From: Chthonomonadaceae bacterium
GTDB lineage: Bacteria; Armatimonadota; Chthonomonadetes; Chthonomonadales; Chthonomonadaceae
DNA length: 64,000 nucleotides
NCBI GenBank assembly: GCA_035650735.1
Contig: DASRGZ010000017.1
Span: 1 to 64,000, forward strand
Direction: 5' to 3'
The notes beneath the pieces are model-generated. The model was given only the letters and a program-made list of their open reading frames with translations. It was not told where the DNA came from and did no database searches. The position numbers and the translations under genes were made by a program. Positions 60,306 through 64,000 of this stretch are shown in pieces; position 1 is the stretch's first letter, and each line of letters opens with the position of its first letter.

Positions 60306-60563
60306 GGTTCAGGGGCGGACAGATCGGTTGTAGCGACGGAATAGAATGCCTTCGCTTTGTAGCCTGCGGACTGCAAGGGTCGGGCCTGCAATAATGCAAG
60401 GGTCGGGCCTGCAATAATTCGGCCCTCCGCCTAGCGACAATGTCCGCCTACGCGGACACCCAACTGCCTACCGAAAGGGAGTGTCGGCGTAGGCCGACAC
60501 TGGGCGGAACGCCGCAGAGCGAAGGGCTTTAGCCCGTCGGTCAAAAGTGTCCGCCCTTGAACC
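60306..60563. mobile_element. MITE family 3 (about 258 bp), inserted in a family-A palindrome and carrying a family-C element
   Basis: TIRs GGTTCAGGGGCGGAC / GTCCGCCCTTGAACC. Duplicated target TCGCAG (6-10 bp, ambiguous). An uninterrupted target of the same type is seen at 36841. Confidence 0.75.
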
Positions 60564-60629
60564 TCGCAGGGAAGGGGGCCGGGGGGTTAGGTTACACAAG
60601 GGAAGGGGGTGAGGTCGGTTGGGGGCCAC

Positions 60630-61532
60630 TTAGCCGGACGCGATGACGTAGGCCCGGTAACCGGCATAGATGACAAGGCCCACAGCAATCGGGCTTACCA
60701 TGACGCCCGCGCTGTACATGATGAACAAGCCAAGCAGCGTCGAACCCGTAGCGCTGATGGCCGCGGCGATGGCCTGAGTGGGCCCGGGCTGATTGCTGGC
60801 TTTCAGCACCGCGTAGCCGATGATGTAGCCGATCAAAATGGTCAGGAAGGGAATCCGCATCCCCATCGCGACCGAGGCGTAGCCAAACCCCAGGCCGCAG
60901 GCCGCTCCCAGCAGCAGCGCCACCGCAACGCCTGCCCCGATATTCGGCTGACCCGTCGGAACGGGACGCGGTGCGGCTCCCTGCGTAACCGCCGTAGGAT
61001 AGGGCTGCTGTGGAGAGTACGATTGCTGGGGTGCGCCATAAGGGCTATTCAGGTTCGCTTGCGGCTGGGCCGGATAGGGCGCTTGCCCGTAGGAGGAGGC
61101 GCCGTAGGGCGCAGACCCGTTCAGCGGCGTGCCCGCTGCATATGCCGGCGCGGGAGCGGCAGCCATGACGGGCGCGACGGGCGACTGCGCTTGCTGAAGA
61201 CGCTGAATGGCCTCCTGCGCTTTCGGATAGTTGGGCTGCAGGGTGACCGCCTGCTGCATGGCCTCCAGGGCTTGGTTCGGCCAGCCGGCGCGCTCCAGCG
61301 CCACCCCAAGATTGTAACGCGCCTGGGCATTGGCCGGCTGCAAATAGACAGCCTGTGTTAAGACCCGCACGGCGTCGTCATTACGCTGGCTCTGCCCATA
61401 GGCGGCCCCCAGATACATATGGGCGTTGTAATCATTGGGATCGAGCTGGCAGGTGCGCTCCAGAGATACAATGGCAGTCGCATAATCGCCGCGCTGCAGG
61501 GCGGCCAGACCGGCATCTAGTTCTGCGGACAC
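60630..61532 (-). CDS. TPR protein with Pro/Gln-rich linker and C-terminal TM helices
   Basis: TPR motifs (AHMYLGAAY, ARYNLGVAL). GTG start after GGAGGAG. Confidence 0.85.
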   Translation of the reverse strand: MSAELDAGLAALQRGDYATAIVSLERTCQLDPNDYNAHMYLGAAYGQSQRNDDAVRVLTQAVYLQPANAQARYNLGVALERAGWPNQALEAMQQAVTLQPNYPKAQEAIQRLQQAQSPVAPVMAAAPAPAYAAGTPLNGSAPYGASSYGQAPYPAQPQANLNSPYGAPQQSYSPQQPYPTAVTQGAAPRPVPTGQPNIGAGVAVALLLGAACGLGFGYASVAMGMRIPFLTILIGYIIGYAVLKASNQPGPTQAIAAAISATGSTLLGLFIMYSAGVMVSPIAVGLVIYAGYRAYVIASG

Positions 61533-61908
61533 TGGTTTTTCACTCCTCCGGGAATCACAATCACATGCGAGCGATGAGGAGCTTATGATAACATGCCGGC
61601 AGATAGAATGCAAGCGATAAACGCGTTTTCACCCGCACGAACTGGCAATTTCCGGTAATTGAACAGAAGAGCGATTCTGCTCAGAGACGGCTTCCACACC
61701 ACAGGGACAGAGAGGAGGCAGGAGAGGAGGCAGACCTCACCCCGGCCCTCTCCTTCTCAAGAAGAGGAGAGAGTCATAGAAAGGGAACGGAAGAGCGTTC
61801 TTCTGTTCCAGGGGCGGAGGCAAGGGCGAACAAAGCAAGGGCCGGGCTGCCACTTGCCCGGCCCGACCGAAAAGGGAAATTCTCCGTCTGTGTTGGCTGC
61901 AATGCAGG

Positions 61909-62253
61909 CTAAAAAACTTTGCGGATAAAATTAAACACACGCGCGGCGATCATCAGTCCGGTGACAGCCGCTCCAATGGCCCGCGCAGACTGCGTCACCT
62001 GAGTGCCGGTGCTCTGAGCGGTGCCGAGCAGATGCTGGGTCTGCGCGTGGACGATTTCCGCCGTATTGGACGCCTTGAGCGCCACGCTCTTGGCCTGGTT
62101 AGACACGCGGCGCAACTGCGTTCGCGCCTCCGTCAGCACCGGCATCGCCTTCTTATAGAGCGCCAACAGGCCCAGAATCAATACAAACGTCCACACAATG
62201 TTGATGCAGATAAAGATCGCCGAGATGATGACCCACCACTCTGGAACGAGCAT
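61909..62253 (-). CDS. DUF948/YtxG-like membrane-anchored coiled-coil protein
   Basis: N-terminal TM followed by a coiled coil. Lies downstream of the YtxH-like gene. Confidence 0.6.
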   Translation of the reverse strand: MLVPEWWVIISAIFICINIVWTFVLILGLLALYKKAMPVLTEARTQLRRVSNQAKSVALKASNTAEIVHAQTQHLLGTAQSTGTQVTQSARAIGAAVTGLMIAARVFNFIRKVF

Positions 62254-62508
62254 CCGTCTCTCCTTTCGGCTTGCGGGGAAAGTCCCGGTCATGGCTGCCG
62301 CACAGCACAATGCGCTGACCTCAGCGAGCGCCTGGGGCCAATATAGCCTTCCTGCTACCCGGGCATAGGACGGACACAATACGGGGGTTGTTCCCGGTTA
62401 TGGGCCTGGCAGGCGAAGAAAATTCCGCGCCAAACCGCCCCCAAAGCCAATGGAGGAGCGGGCTTGTTGCCGCTCCTCCGCAGCTTCGCTCTCTTTACAG
62501 AGATCGCC

Positions 62509-62856
62509 CTACGACATGCTCTCCGCCGCCTCGGAGGCCCGGTTCAGCGTGTCCGAGGTCGCCTGCTTGGCCTTTTCGGCTGCCGTGTCAATGGCTTCCG
62601 CGCTCATCTGCTGGCCGCGATGCAGCATCTCCGAGACCCTATCGGAAGCCTGGCTCCATTTCTCCTTGGCCGTCTGAGCGACGTTGCTGGTCACTTCAGA
62701 AGCCTTATCTTTGTACTCATTGGCCTTCTCGCCGATGGTGCGGCGCATGGCCTCGCCCTCCTGTGGGGCATAGAGCAGCGCGACCGCCGCGCCGACGCAG
62801 GCGCCCAGGAAAAACATCATCAAACCATAGCCCGCATTCGATCCCCTGTTTTCCAT
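62509..62856 (-). CDS. YtxH-domain general stress protein
   Basis: FFLGACVGAAVALLYAPQEG..R. Confidence 0.88.
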   Translation of the reverse strand: MENRGSNAGYGLMMFFLGACVGAAVALLYAPQEGEAMRRTIGEKANEYKDKASEVTSNVAQTAKEKWSQASDRVSEMLHRGQQMSAEAIDTAAEKAKQATSDTLNRASEAAESMS

Positions 62857-63238
62857 CTTCCTCACTCCTTTTGCTTTGCCGCGCGATACGCGGGCAACCC
62901 GGCACGACGCGCCCGTATATCGCAAGAACATCGCCCTGCGCGCAGACCCTTCCGGTCTGCCTTGCGGACAGGCGACAAGCGGAAAATACGCCCGCCCTGC
63001 CAGCGTCCGTACTCTACTCTGATGTTACGGTACCGCTTCCCCTTTCTTCGCCCATGGAATTGCCAGGGAAGAGAGCGTTTCTGTGGGCGAAGAAGATCGT
63101 TATAGGCCGTCCCGGCAGATTGTGCTGCCGAAAAGACCGCAAATTGGAGGCTCGCCGTTTCCAGGGAGCGGCGCTGAAAATGACGCGCGAGCGAGCGGCT
63201 TTGTTCCCGAAAAGGCTGTTCCGTACCGGCAGCGCCGC

Positions 63239-64000
63239 TTAGCTCACCTCGCTCGCCTGCCGGGAATAGAGCCAGACATCGCGCCAGGCGTCCTCTTCCT
63301 GGAACTGCCCCGGCAGCACGGCCTCGCGCCGAAACCCTGCCTCTTCCAACGCCGCCAGCTTGGCCGCGTCGCGCGGATCGGCATAGCACTGGGTTTTGCC
63401 GGAGGGCAGGGGCAAGGCGTGCAGCAACGTGACCAGCTCCTCCGGGCCGACGTTGGGATGCGCGAAAAAGTCGAGCCATTGGATAGTGTAGTCCCAGCGG
63501 GCATCAGGGATAGCGGCAGCAAAGGCGACGACCGCGCCCGTCTCGGATTCCAGCACGGCGGCAGGGATGCCGGAGCGGCGACCCCAATCGGCCATGAACT
63601 CGCAGTACGGCCCTTCCAGCAGGCTGATGCCCCAGACGTGGAGCAGGGGACAGCGCATATAGGCCGACCCCGGAAGCGAGGCCAGCAGCGCGACCAGCGG
63701 CCAGTGCTTCCATCCGGCTTTCACGGGCCGGTAAGCCGCAGGCGCAAAGCTGCGCTGCACGAAGTCGGCATAATCCCCGCTTGTGTAGCGCATGAAGCCC
63801 GGCGCGCCGCCCTCCACCTGCCGGAATCCGAAGGAGTGATAGATCCAGTAGGGAGGACTCTCGTAGCCGGTGCCGAGCAGCAGGACGTGCCCGCCGCGCT
63901 GCCGGAAATCCTCCATCTGGTGGCGCATGATGGCGTTGCAGATGCCTTTGCGCCGCTGATCCTGGCGGGTATGGACGTGGCCGAAGAGGCCGACGCCGTT
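63239..64000 (-). CDS. GNAT acetyltransferase (5' end outside the window)
   Basis: GHVHTRQDQRRKGIC (motif A) and IYHSFGF. A second degenerate GNAT-like half follows. Confidence 0.8.
   Translation of the reverse strand, partial: NGVGLFGHVHTRQDQRRKGICNAIMRHQMEDFRQRGGHVLLLGTGYESPPYWIYHSFGFRQVEGGAPGFMRYTSGDYADFVQRSFAPAAYRPVKAGWKHWPLVALLASLPGSAYMRCPLLHVWGISLLEGPYCEFMADWGRRSGIPAAVLESETGAVVAFAAAIPDARWDYTIQWLDFFAHPNVGPEELVTLLHALPLPSGKTQCYADPRDAAKLAALEEAGFRREAVLPGQFQEEDAWRDVWLYSRQASEVS

Overview
GC-rich bacterial chromosomal window with about 50 coding genes and no recognisable rRNA, tRNA or CRISPR array. The gene and repeat style suggests a Terrabacteria/Armatimonadota-like organism (inference only). 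Most of it is housekeeping or metabolic: menG plus polyprenyl synthase, ppdK, PMM, PfkB, an RND pump, an M16 peptidase and an Rrf2-Ric-NnrS-like nitrosative-stress cluster. Notable points: (1) Two ubiquitin-like sulfur carriers are both encoded as fusions: endonuclease IV-MoaD (with an internal RBS) followed by moaE, and a CysM / JAB protease / Ubl-E1-rhodanese operon whose Gly-Gly is buried internally. (2) A small alarmone-hydrolase-like HD protein carries a T2SSE_N domain, and one protein holds a whole GAF-kinase-REC-LuxR two-component system. (3) There are three families of tiny TIR/TSD-bounded MITEs. One 82-bp family has three copies with 8-bp TSDs, each just downstream of a -10-like box. 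A 70-bp element interrupts a PIN toxin. (4) Modular nested intergenic palindromes contain GYAG-loop hairpins and convergent GCNAGG arrays, with evidence of spacer inversion and replacement. (5) Two candidate structured non-coding RNAs lie at about 6.15-6.5 kb and 9.58-9.90 kb. (6) A decaying patch at 3.6-7.4 kb holds SBP56 and toxin-antitoxin pseudogenes.
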